Source: Carcharhinus longimanus | Lineage: Eukaryota | Assembly: GCA_030264375.1 (NCBI GenBank) | Contig: JASCQW010000032.1 | Location: 33,553,935 to 33,617,934 of the forward strand | Length of the DNA: 64,000 nt | Reading direction: 5' to 3' | Shown here: positions 1 through 11,372 of the stretch, in pieces | Layout of the letters: every line of letters starts with the position of its first letter | Position numbering within the stretch: position 1 is the first letter of the stretch | Translations under genes and position numbers: made by a program | Notes under the pieces: generated by a model | Database searches by the model: none | Told to the model about the DNA's origin: nothing | Seen by the model: only the letters and a program-made list of their open reading frames with translations

Positions 1-1279
1 TAACCTCCATCACTAGGGAGCCTGCAATGGGGGCTGCCCATTGGCGGGACCAGTAGATCCCATATACAGGAATGGCGGTAATATCACCTCCATGAACTTT
101 ATACTACATGAGAAGAGAGTGGTGATTGATTGCAAGTAGAGTCTGATTGGTAGAAGCACTAGCATGGAGAATTCATCAGTTAATGGTCACTGTGAAGCGC
201 TGTTTGAAAATTTAAATCAGATAATTTCAACTCTGATTGATCAAGGCATTGCACGAATAATGAACCAGCAAATGGCTACCACATATTTTGTTTAGCAGAA
301 ACAAGTTTGTACATGTTCTTTCTGTATGCAAAGAACAAAGCTCTGTGTAATAATAGGTGTAACTTTCAGTGCAACAAATGTGCCTGACTGACAATCTTAA
401 ATTGGTTGTCAGCATAACTTTTAGCACTCAGAGGATTATTTAGCACATTTTGTCCAATCGTGGAATCATATCATGTTGTGTTTTGATTTTTGCAAGTATG
501 AGCTGATCGGGTAGTCTATACCAAGCCCATTGTGAACAGTGGAAGGGACATGTTGTTTGATACGATCCACAAATTTTTGGGACATATGGCCTGTATATGT
601 AGCATTACATTGACACTGGAATTCATATACACTATATCATATATCATATACTATTTCATCATATAAGCATGTGTCAGAAATCATCCACTGAATTTAATGT
701 TTTCTTAATCATTATTCTACATGTTTATTGTGAACTTGCCAACTTATTTAAAGTGGAACCGCAAGTATAATTGATCTACTCATTACAAACTTAATGATAT
801 ATGAGTAAAATGTTAGGTAATTCCATGTAGAAAATATGATTAATGCTTTACTCCTCTTCGGGGATTCTTCTTACTCCAGAGTAAATTCATAAACTTTGAC
901 GAAAAGTTCTTTTAAATTATTTTGGTCTTATTAAACTCATGCAAAATTACCAAGAAGTGCAAAGTACTTTGCATCAAGTCAGACTTGCCAACAGATCAAA
1001 GAAAACTTGCGGGGTAGTTTGCCATCTGTGTCTATTACAACTAGCAATTACCATCGTTACTGCTCTCAACCTGTCACAGAACTATGTTGATCTCATGCAG
1101 GATACATTTAAGAAATTTGTCTCTTTGTTCTGCACACCTCCATCAAGGAAGGGAACGAAATCATCCAACTATCCCCAAACAGTGTTTGCATATTTTATTA
1201 CTGGACAATGTTAAATATTTATTCCAAAATTAAGATACAGGGTCATATTTTCCTCTCAGCAGCTTGCAAAATGGGAGTC

Positions 1280-1900
1280 AGGCTTTTCTTACAGCTTCCA
1301 AAATGCACATACAACTCGTATTGGGCCCTGGGATTTCTTGTTCTCAAGCATGGGGAAGGTTCCATGTGCAGTTTGTAAGTTACAATTGGGTGCGGTTTTG
1401 CATTTGAGAATGGAAGAAGGTGGTGGAGCCAGATGCTTCCCATCTTCTGTGCAATAAAAGAATAGCAAACAACACCAAAATCAAATATCTGCCTGAAGAC
1501 AGCTCTGCCATGCGACCCTTGAACTCTAAGCACCATGTAGTTTGATGATGGTGGCTGCTATGTTTCTGTGGGAGCTGGAGGCTGCATTTCCTTAGTTATG
1601 TCAATATGCATTGTCGTATTTATTGTCCAAGCCAATGTTGCCATCTACCCTTTGAGAATCCTGATGCCTCAGTCTTTTGCAGCTCATCTCTGAAAGTTTC
1701 TGAGTTTAAATGAAACATCATGCTGCAGCTTACAGAGTTCTGCATGTTGCCAAAGCAGCACAGGTCACCTGCTGTACCGTGTAATCCAACTTGGACCCCC
1801 TCACACCCACAATGCCTCTCAATGCATTCCCCCTTCAGAGGGCAACATGACAGCTCAGTGACTATCACTGTTTGCTGTGCAGATACATGGATTTGGGCTG
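1280..1900 (-). mobile_element. Heavily decayed Harbinger (HARBI1-like) transposase remnant
   Basis: Minus-strand fragments GTAGDLC, ELQKTEASGF and VLRVQGSHGRAVFRQ loosely and collinearly resemble Harbinger motifs G.AGDLCG, Q..RA.GF and ARYPGS.HD.FILRQ. Adjacent to the Myb-like ORF. Confidence 0.4.
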
Positions 1901-2552
1901 GTGTCTGCGGGAGTTTNNNNNNNNNNNNNNNNNNNNNNNNNNNNNNNNNNNNNNNNNNNNNNNNNNNNNNNNNNNNNNNNNNNNNNNNNNNNNNNNNNNN
2001 NNNNNNNNNNNNNNNNCTGCGGGAGTTTGCACATTCTCCCCGTGATTGTGTGGGTTTTCCCCGGGCACTCCGGTTTCCTCCCACAACCAAAAAACGTGCT
2101 CTTAGGCTGATTGGTGTAACAAATTGTTCCTAAATTAGTCTTCCCTCAATCTTCCTCAATAGGTGTAGACAAAGGTCATGGGTAGAGGAGGGCACTCATA
2201 AGTTAAAATGGCGGCGCGAGCTCGTTTGGCCGAAGGGCTTGTTTCCCGTGCTGTGTTGTTCTTTGTTCTTTATTCAGCACACCGAGCACTCCCAGGCTTA
2301 CATCCCAGAAACACCCCAAAGCAACCATGAATAATCCTCAAATCCCACAGACCCATACCGCTTTTGTGACCCGGGACATGGATCGTCACTCTGCCATTTG
2401 CTTAGTCCCCAAGCCTGTGCTGGGCAAGAGCTTCCCTCTCAAGCTGATCAACACCTACCCTGCATGACCATTAAATGCCGTGACATTTATGTCAAGGAAT
2501 AACATAACGACCACATATGCTGAGTCATGTGTCTGCTCTTCCTTTATTCCAG

Positions 2553-2794
2553 AATGGCCCGCACCAAGAGTAGCCACAAGTCCCAGGAAGGAACTGCACC
2601 CCAGTTCTCCAAGCACAATCTGGAGATCCTGCTGCGGCAGGTGGAGGCACACAGGAATATTCTATTCCATTAAGGCCCAGTTGTTTTCCTGGGTCAGCCT
2701 GGCTCAAGATAGCTGAGGTGTTCAGTACCTCGGGCCAGGACCAGCAAGGTAGATCCAGTGCTGTAAGTGGTTCAGTGACTTGCACTATATTAAG
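2553..2794 (+). mobile_element. Decayed Myb/SANT-like DNA-binding ORF of a PIF/Harbinger transposon
   Basis: ATG at 2554 gives MARTKSSHKSQEGTAPQFSKHNLEILLRQVEAHRNILFH*, then frameshifted AWLKIAEVF and IQCCKWFSDL. This fits the MSANTD/NAIF1-type pattern P.FS...LE.L...V....ILF...AW..IA...QC.K.(F/W).DL. Bounded by an acceptor (ttccag) and a donor (aag|gtgagt). Confidence 0.65.
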
Positions 2795-2799
2795 GTGAG

Positions 2800-3630
2800 T
2801 GAGATGTCCATATTAGGCATACTAGACATATTGACAACATTCAGGCTTGGGTTGATAAGTGGCAAATAATAGTTGTGCCACACAAGTGCCAGGCAATGAC
2901 CATCTTCAATAAGAGAAAGGAAAAACATTTTCCCTTGCCACTGGGCAGAGTTTCAATCGTGGAATCCCATGTCATCACCTGCCTAGGTGGAGGGATTATT
3001 AACCAGAAACTTAACTGGACTAGTTACATAAATACTGTGGCTATATCAGCAGTTCAGAAGCTGGAGATTCTGTGGCAAGTAATTCACCTCCTGACCTCCC
3101 AAATACTGTTCAAGGCACACAAGTCAGAAGAATAATGGAATATTCTCCACATGTCTGGAAAAGCACAGTTCTAACAATGGTCAAGAAGCTTGACACCACT
3201 GAGAAGCAATTGACTTAATGGGCATCCCATCAACTAGTTTAAAAAAGCCACTCACTCCACCACCAGCACACAATTGCTGCAGTGTGTGTTTATTTACAAT
3301 GTATGTTACAGAAACTTATTAAGGTTCCTTTGACAGCATCTTCCAAACCCAAGACCACTACCACCTCAAAGGTCAAGGATGGCAGGCACTTGGAACAACA
3401 CCACTTGCAATCCTCTCCAAGTCAGAAACACCATGCTACTTGGAATTTTATTGCCATTCATTCAATGTTGCTGGGTGAAAAATGTGGAACTCCCTTCCTA
3501 GCGCACCCAACATGGTCTGCAGCAGTTTGACAAAAATAGCTCCCCAAAACTTTCTGAAGGGTAAACAGGTATGGGCAATAAATGCTGGCCTAGCTAGCAA
3601 ATCCCATTTGCCATGAGTGAATAACACAAA
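2800..3630 (+). mobile_element. Second CR1-group LINE family, 3' end
   Basis: WQ...PHKCQAMTI motif and tail GGGCAATAAATGCTGGCC...CCATGAGTGAAT. Related copies at ~5990-6410(-), 13215-13555(+), 20110-20470(-), 25600-26100(+), 38865-39200(+) and 60790-61180(-). Confidence 0.7.
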
Positions 3631-4658
3631 TGAACTCAATTAACTTTTTCAATTTGACAATTCCTGTGGTTAATCCTTTGTAAAATTAAATTCACAGTTA
3701 TTGCAGAGGATATTTGAGTCTTTCAAAATTTATACCACAAACTACTGGATAATGATGTGCCATGATGTATACAATCAATAAAATGTTCCACCTCTGACAG
3801 GAAACCATCTAGTCATCTGTGTAAAAGGTTTACTGCATTACTCAGTAATATAATGCAGTCATAGTCTACAAGAGTACGAATCTCCTTATATGGCTGCCTT
3901 TCACAACAACCAGAAAACCTTTTTGTTTATGTTTCAGATGACTTTTATCCAAAAGTTGCAGTGTAAGCATCACTACTCATTTGGTGATAAGATTACTATT
4001 TAAAGATTGTTCTGATCTGTCTGCTTCTCATAATGATTTGCATGCTTAAACACAGGGTGGTGTTTATAAGATAAAAGTAGAACGGCAGTAATTATCAATT
4101 CCAACAGAGTGCAGGCGCTGCATTATCGTATTCTGTTCAAATTAAACAATTACTGGAGCACTCTTGTGTTGGAGAAGATGTTGGGTGACGGGGGGACTGT
4201 TTCTCTGGTAATAGATTCACTCAAGAAAACTCCTCCCACCAACCAACAAAGGCAGTGATTCATTTGTGTGATCTACAGACATTGGCAATCCTCCAGTTCT
4301 TCAATGGTAGATCCTAGACAATATTTGTTAAGATATTTGTACAAAGCCTAACAATTAACCAAAGGCTTTTTTCACTTTAAACATTCATATATAGCTACAT
4401 GAATAACAAGAACATCAAGAATATGCTTACATAAAGCATCCTTAATACAGAAGAACATTCTCAGGATCTTCACAAAGGAATTATCAAACAAAAATGGATG
4501 CTGAGGCAGCACATTAAGCATAATACCTAAACCCTGGTCAAACGAGACATGTTTTACGAAGACCCTTAAAGAAAGAGAGGCTCTTGAGGTGGAAGGATTT
4601 AAGTGTAGAATGATAGGAATATAGAGCTCAGAAGGCAGTTACTCAGCACAGTATAAAA

Positions 4659-4976
4659 GGGCAGCACAGTGGCACAGTAGTTAACACTGCTGCCTCACAG
4701 TGTCAGGGACCCAAGTTCAATTCCGGCCTTGGGTCACAGTCTGTGTGGAGTTTGCACATTCTCCAATATCCACGTGGGTTTCTCTGGGTGCCCTGGCTTC
4801 CTCCCACAGTCCAAAGATGTGTGGGTTAGATTGATTAGCCACGCTAAATTGACCCTTGTGTCAGGGGATGAGCAGGGTAAATATGTGGGGTTATGGGAAA
4901 AGAGCCTGGGTGGGATGTGGTCAGTGCAGACTTGATGAGCCAGATGGCTTTCTTCTGTACTGTAGGGATTCTATGA
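4659..4976 (+). mobile_element. HE1-type elasmobranch tRNA-derived SINE, full length
   Basis: Head GGGCAGCACAGTGGCACAGTAG...GTTCAATTCC (A/B boxes), core GTGTGGAGTTTGCACATTCTCC...TTCCTCCCACAGTCCAAAGA, and CR1-like tail GATTCTATGA. Confidence 0.88.
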
Positions 4977-5178
4977 AAATATCTGTGTTGGTTCATTAAA
5001 AGAGCAACTCAATTATTTCCACTCTGCTGCGTTTTGCCCATAGCCATACAACTTTTTTCCCTACGAGTATTTATCCAATTCCCTTTTAAATAATACCATT
5101 GAAGCTGGTTCCATGACCCTTTCAAGGACTCAGATCAGAATAGCTTGATGTGTAAAAAAAAAAATTGCTTATATTTAG

Positions 5179-5508
5179 AGTGGCACAGTGGCTAGCTGCC
5201 TCACAGCGCCATGGACCCGGGTTTGATTCTAGCCTTGGGTGACTGTCTGCATGGATTTTGCACATTCTTCCCATGCCTCCAGATGCACCGGTTTCCTCCC
5301 ACAGTCCAAAGATGTGCAAGTTAGGTGGATTGGTCATGCTAAATTACCCCTTAGTTTCCCAAAATGTTTACGTTGGATGGATTAGCCATTGTAAATGCAT
5401 GGGATTAAGGGGATAGGGCCTGGGTAAGATACTCTGTTAGAGAATCGTTGCAGACTTGATGGGACAAATGGCTTTCTTCTGTACTGTAGGGATTCTATAA
5501 TTCTATGT
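5179..5508 (+). mobile_element. HE1-type SINE
   Basis: Same head, core and tail as 4659-4976. Confidence 0.85.
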
Positions 5509-6669
5509 TCTTGCTGGTTCTCTTATCAATTAATTTGAACCTGCATCCTTCGTTTACTGACCCTTCTGAACAAGAAACAGAATTTACTCTACGAAAACCC
5601 TTTATGATATTGAACATTTCCATGAAGTATGAAACTACGAACAAACAAAAAATGATCCACAGGTAAAGCCCCTCTGGCCCATCCAACTTACATCCCAACA
5701 TTTTTCATCCCACCCTAAGTCAGGTGACCAATGCAAAGTACTCATCTCATATTTCTGCTGTACTCAGTCAGTCCATTGCAACCTGTCCTTCAACATCCTA
5801 TACTGGCCCAGAACAGTCTTAGACAGGTCTTTGGTCTTTTACATCACTGAAAAAGATTATTCCATTACTTTCATAATTGCCTATGATTCTTTATTTCCAT
5901 TAATCTTTCAGCTGATATAATAGCCACATTTGTTTCCTTCAGTTGTGCTTTAAAAGGAGAGAACCTGTTAACTCTCATTATTGATTTTTATTATTCATTC
6001 ATTCATAGAACATGGGCATTGCTGGCTGGCCAGCATTTATTGCCATCCCTAATTGTCTGAGGGCAATTGAGAGTCAACCACATTGCTGTGGCTCTGGAGT
6101 CACTTGTAGGTTAGACCAGATAAGGACGGCAAATTTCCATCCCTAAAGGGCATTAGTGAGCCAGATGGGTTTTTCTGACAATCTGACAATGGTCATCAGT
6201 ACATTCTTAATTCTAGATTGCTTTTTTATTGAATTCAAATTCCACCACCTGCTGTGGGATTTGAATAGTAAGCAGTCTCACAACACGGCTGTGCTTACCT
6301 AAGTCCATTGCCAGCATCTCCACATCGTGGGATTTGAACCCAGCTCCCCAAAACCTTAGCTGAGTTTCTGGATTAATAATCTAGCAATAATACCACTAGG
6401 CCACCGCTTCCCTATTGATGATAGTTGTCATACAATGCAATAATTAATATTAATAAGATAATAGTTTGTTTCTATAGTAACATCATCAGAGCTCTCCTTA
6501 CGGGTGGATGACTATCTAGCATGTCATGGTTAAGGGGTCTGACACTGACGTCCATTTGGCAATTTCCAAAGTTTATTTCCGGTGATTGCACTGAGTTTAA
6601 CAAAGAGTAAATTTTAAGTACTTACTAAGGCAAAACCCAGTCTCTCTATAATGCCATAGTTTTTCACTG

Positions 6670-6860
6670 ATAAAAATAGCAACCCCCTCTCCCACTCTAT
6701 CCTTTCCGAATCATTGTAACCATCTAGACGAATTTCTGTTCCACCGTTTTCATCAGCCATTTCTCAGAAATGCACTGTTTAATTTTCCAACGCAGCATAT
6801 AATTGCATTCCTAACAACTTGTTTTTAACACTTGTTGCATTTACATAAAATTGAAGTTCT
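6670..6860 (-). mobile_element. Ancient CR1-type endonuclease remnant
   Basis: Minus-strand FYVNATSVKNK...ISEKWL...LDGY...KDRVG.GGVAIF, with frameshifts. Confidence 0.6.
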
Positions 6861-7196
6861 CCCATTTACCATAGTGTTATTTGTTCTTGAATGCTTCCTA
6901 TCTGATTTAACTACATATTTACAGTTAATTGTAATTAAAGATGGTAGAGTTGTCTTTAAACAAATCTGCACTGTTGCATGCTGAAATCGTTTAAATGTTA
7001 TTTTGAAGTAAGCTTCTCAACCTTGAGCACAACCTTTGTGCTCGCAGGAAGCTTAGATGTCTACTATCCCTTCTAAACAACTTACCTTGTCCATTGAACA
7101 TGTCCCACTTGTAAATTAAGTGGAACTCCATCTTTTTACAAAGATTTCATAGCCAGATGTTGAATCCTATGACTTGAGTGTTCCTCTCCACTGTCA

Positions 7197-8618
7197 GGCT
7201 AGCAATCACGTAACTCTGCAGCTGGACTCATGCACAATGTGAAAAGACTTTGTGCATATGTGCGGCAGCAGCTAACAGCTAAATACAGAACTCTGATGTC
7301 AGCTGCCTTACTTTCAGATTAGCAACTTGAGACGAAATGAAAACACTTCTTACTTCTGAGTCAGAAGACTGTACATTCAAGTCTCAAACAATGACCCAAG
7401 TCCATAAGCAGACAATTCATGCCATATTGAGGGAGGTGTCATTGTTGTATGAAGCTTTAAACCAAGGCCCCATTGATCTATTATAAAGGTTCAAGTGGAC
7501 TAACTATTCATGCCCCAGAGACTACCACCTGGGACTTTTTGTGGGAAGTCATCTATGTGATCTTTGGAAGAAATCTGTGGTTTCTACCCATGAAATAATT
7601 AATATTCATATGTAGACCTATTATGGTTCCTTGGCAGATATCCTCCATCAAATCATTTATATGACAGATCTTGGCCTCTGTCTGCTGTTGACAGAGCTTT
7701 ATTTCTACATGGGGCTGCTAGTACTTTTCAGTCACCATGCTCTTCTGGAACTTGTGTGATTTCCTTTAGAGTTCAGAGAGTAATTTCCCAGAGTTTTATT
7801 CTAAAGTGGCCTAAAGTTGTTTTTGGCCATTTTATGCCTCTCCTAGATTGTGTGACAAATAGAAAGCGCAAGGGGTTAGAGGATTGTGGTGTGCAATGTT
7901 ATGTTGAAGGATAGTCTTGATGGATCATCTGGTCTACTCCTGTTTTTCATTTTCATGATTTCTAGGTTTGGAGTCAGAGTGAATAATAGACAGATCAACA
8001 CTAACCAATACATACTCTTACAGTAAATGTCTTGGTCAGAATGACCTAAAGTAATTTCATTCTAGTGCCTGAGTCAATACTCCTACTGCAGTTCTAACTT
8101 AGCACAAAATATGGATCAAACTTGAGAGTGCAAGGAACTATATAAGAAACAAAGAAATAGGAGCAGGATAAGAACATAAGAAATGGGAGCAGGTATAAGA
8201 AATAGGAACAGGATAACATTTGTCCATAGTGGGAATTAATATATTTTTCTAAAGAAAGAAATAACTTGCATTTATGGAACTTTTTGAGGATATCTTAATG
8301 TTCAAATAACCCACTGGACACTTGTAATTGGCTAATGGGGCCTTGGTTTAAACCTTTATGAATTTCCAACAATGACACCTTCCTCTGTACAGCGTGAATT
8401 GTCCGCTTATGGGATTGGATCATTTCTTTAAGGCTTGACTGCACAGTCATCTGACTCAGAGGTAAGAAGAGTTTTCATTTCCTCTTAAGTTGCTAATCTG
8501 AAAGTGAGGCAGCTGATATAGGAGCTCTGTGATTAGCTGTTAGTTGCTGCCGCACACATGCACAAAGTCTTTTCACACTGTGCATGAATCCAGCTGCAGA
8601 GTTTTGTGAGTGTTAGCC
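7197..8618. repeat. ~300-bp inverted repeat pair (arms 7197-7498 and 8311-8618)
   Basis: The arms are reverse complements, e.g. CTGCAGCTGGACTCATGCACAATGTGAAAAGACTTTGTGCA versus TGCACAAAGTCTTTTCACACTGTGCATGAATCCAGCTGCAG. Confidence 0.92.
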
Positions 8619-9502
8619 AAACAAGTTTATTGAGAAATGAATGAAAGTATACAGTCATAGAGGGAGAGAAGCAGACAGAAAGAGGGGAAACCTCTCATAC
8701 ATGTGCACGCACTGAAAGAGACACACAGATAGAAAGATAAAAAGATAGAAAATCAGACAAAGACATCACTGGCAATAAGGAAAAAAAGAGAGAGAGAGAT
8801 ATTCAGGAACCAATAGCAGTACTGAACCTTGTAGATAACCATGATAATCACTACTGTTCAGCATGCAACCTGCCTTGTGTCAAAACAATTATTACTGTGG
8901 TAAAACCTCAATATGCACACACCTTCCAATTCATATTGTCTACAGTCTTAATTTTTACCACAAGGAAGTGTTATTGTATTTGTCAATAGGTCAAATTTCC
9001 TTTATTTTGAAACTCTGAACTATTTGTTGATAGATTGTTATACGAAAATAAAGGGTCCACTCTGTGTGGAAGCACTCTATTTGTGGCACTAATCAAACAT
9101 TGTAATCCTTTTTGGTTATCTATGTAGACAATGAAAGCAAAGCAAGGGATGCTGGGAGTTGTGCTGCAGCAACAAAGCAAACTTTGTAACAGGCATGAAA
9201 TGAAAACATCTACAAGTGCAAAGCCATGCATATTATATTTTAGACATAGACATAATACAGACATAACACACAAGCAATGAGGGGAAAGATAATTAGTAAC
9301 ATGAGTAAACTACAGGCAGGAAGGAAGCCTTTATATTTTAAAACGCTAATTATGAATTTTATCTTCGGTTACTATCTGAAACAGAATTTGTATAGAGTAA
9401 CGTAAATCGCAGCCTTGGATGTTTATCTACATTATCATTTCAGATTTAAAGTTTAACCTTTATTTATTCATGTCACATGTAGGCTTACATTAACACTATA
9501 AA

Positions 9503-9692
9503 ATGTCTCACAATACCAGGTTAAAGTTCAACAGGTTTATTTGAAATCATGAACTTTCAGAGTGCGGCTCCTTCATTAGGTGAGTGATGAAGGAGCAGGG
9601 CTCCAAAAGTTCATGATTCCAAATAAACCTGGTGTTTGGGACTTCTTATTGTGCCCATCCCAATCCAATGCTGGCATCTCCTTATCATGGCT
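9503..9692. mobile_element. Short palindromic Penelope-like element terminus with target-site duplication
   Basis: Hairpin CAGGTTTATTTGAAATCATGAACTTT...AAAGTTCATGATTCCAAATAAACCTG, flanked by ACATTAACA(C/T)TATAA at 9487-9501 and 9693-9707. Related pieces at 6266-6330, 25499-25570, 57176-57300 and 62665-62770. Confidence 0.6.
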
Positions 9693-10446
9693 ACATTAAC
9701 ATTATAATGAAGTTACTGTGAAAAGATTGTTAACAAGCTGCATCTGGTCGTCCCTAGTATATGGGAGTAGTACATTCAGCACTTCAAGTACACTGGAATC
9801 CAAACACGGCTTTAATCAATAGGTCTGTGTGGATACATACCACCCTCTCATCATCAAAATGGAATTCCTTCATTGGTGTTAACTATGTCTGGCATGAATT
9901 GAGAAAGATCATGGTAAAAATTTCCTAACAATCACTTCCTTGTTTAATACATGGGTATTTTGCATTAATGCAATCAGGTAAACTGTACCTTGATATTGTT
10001 TATAGGATTGTGCTAGCTATGAACATACTTACCAGTGCAAATCTCTGACACTCCGAGCAATGCAGTGCCTCTGCGGGATTCAATCTGGTAAGCGGGGGCA
10101 GGGGCTATTCACGCCAAGAAGCTGGCAGCATAGCACTGAGCAGGCCAATTTCAACATGATAATCAGCTCTGTGTCAATTTCTGGTGTGGAACTGACTACA
10201 CTTTAAAAAACTGCCTGGGAAACTAAGATGCTCTTTTGGAGCGCAGCAGGCTGGGAGAATCCCAGCCAATATCTGACTTAATGAGCATTCCCAGAACTTT
10301 TCAGCTTTTATATGGGTGCAATGGACAAGTTGGGCCAAAGGGCCTGTTTCCATGCTATAAACCTCTATGCTATACGAGGTTGCTCAGATTGAAAATTATG
10401 GCTACTTTGTCCCTTGAGTTTGGAGGAGGGTCATCGGGTTGTGCGT

Positions 10447-10807
10447 TCATAGATTTCCTACAGTGCAGAAGATGGCGTTCGGCCCATCAAGCCTGCATCA
10501 ACTCTCTGGCAGAGTATCTTACCCAAGCCCTCTCACCTGCCCTATCCCTGTAATCCCACACATTTACCCTGGCTAACTCCACCTAGCCTACACATCTTGG
10601 GATATTAAGGGTCAATGTAGCATGAACAATCCACCTAACTTGCACATCTTTGGACTGTGTGAGGAAACCAGAGCACTCAGTGGAAATCTATGCAGACACG
10701 GGGAGAATATGCAAACTCCACACAGGTAGTTACCCAAGGCAGAGATTGAACGCGGGTCCCTGGTGCTATGAGGCAGCAGTGCTAACCACTGTGCCACAGT
10801 GCTGTCC
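10447..10807 (-). mobile_element. HE1-type SINE
   Basis: Reverse complement of the same SINE consensus, head to tail. Confidence 0.85.
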
Positions 10808-11134
10808 ACTATTTTCTGTAAATAAATTAAACTACGAGCATGAGTACAAATATCAACAGCCGATGAAAAGACTGCTGATGGAGACATTAGAAGCAATTCC
10901 AAAAGCTGTCAAAAAGCTAAGAATGGAATATAGAGACACATTTATCTACCATTACAAAATATTCCAACAGCTCTTGTTGTGTGGTGTTAGAAAATATTTT
11001 GTTCTACCACAAGTTAAAAAAAATGAAAGAAAGGAATCAAGTGAAATCTCCAAAATGAAATCCACAAAATAAAACACACTGTAAGTTCTTGCAATGTCTT
11101 CTTCAGAGAGTTTGAACAGTCAACTGAATTATAC

Positions 11135-11372
11135 AGGCCTGAAGGTCTCAAGCTTGATTACTGGCCTGCATTGAGTTAATTGATCAATGTTGAGGCATTA
11201 CAAATCAACTTTGTCGCCCCTAAGCTAAGTAGGGAGAAACAAAAGCGTCTGAATTTCCATCCTGATCAATATCTAGTGACCCTTGCTGAAAATAGTGTGT
11301 CTGTATTGTCAGTGCCTAGTGAGGACAGTATCAGCCACATACCTCACCAGGATCAATTAGCCTGCTGACAAT
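11135..11372 (+). mobile_element. Ancient SINE remnant (LF-SINE-like)
   Basis: Motifs CTGATCAATATCTAGTGACCCTTGCTGAAAA...GTGTG and GGATCAATTAGCCTG resemble ancient vertebrate SINE cores; a related piece lies at ~13610-13770. Confidence 0.35.

Noticed and set aside
3938-3962. Plus-strand micro-exon-like segment tttcag|ATGACT...GCAGT|gtaagc
   Set aside because: No similarity to CNOT10 or any protein I recognise; such matches arise by chance.
4659-4730. tRNA-like A/B boxes
   Set aside because: SINE heads, not tRNA genes; they continue into the SINE core and tail.
6720-6800. Plus-strand ...SAI/LRNALFNFP resembling the missing CNOT10 exon (AAICLRNALLLLP)
   Set aside because: Needs a frameshift and lacks splice sites; the opposite strand is better explained as a CR1 endonuclease relic.
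8140-8216. Short repeats ATAAGAAATAGGAGCAGG, superficially array-like
   Set aside because: Slipped copies of a CR1 3' tail, with no unique spacers; eukaryotic context, not CRISPR.
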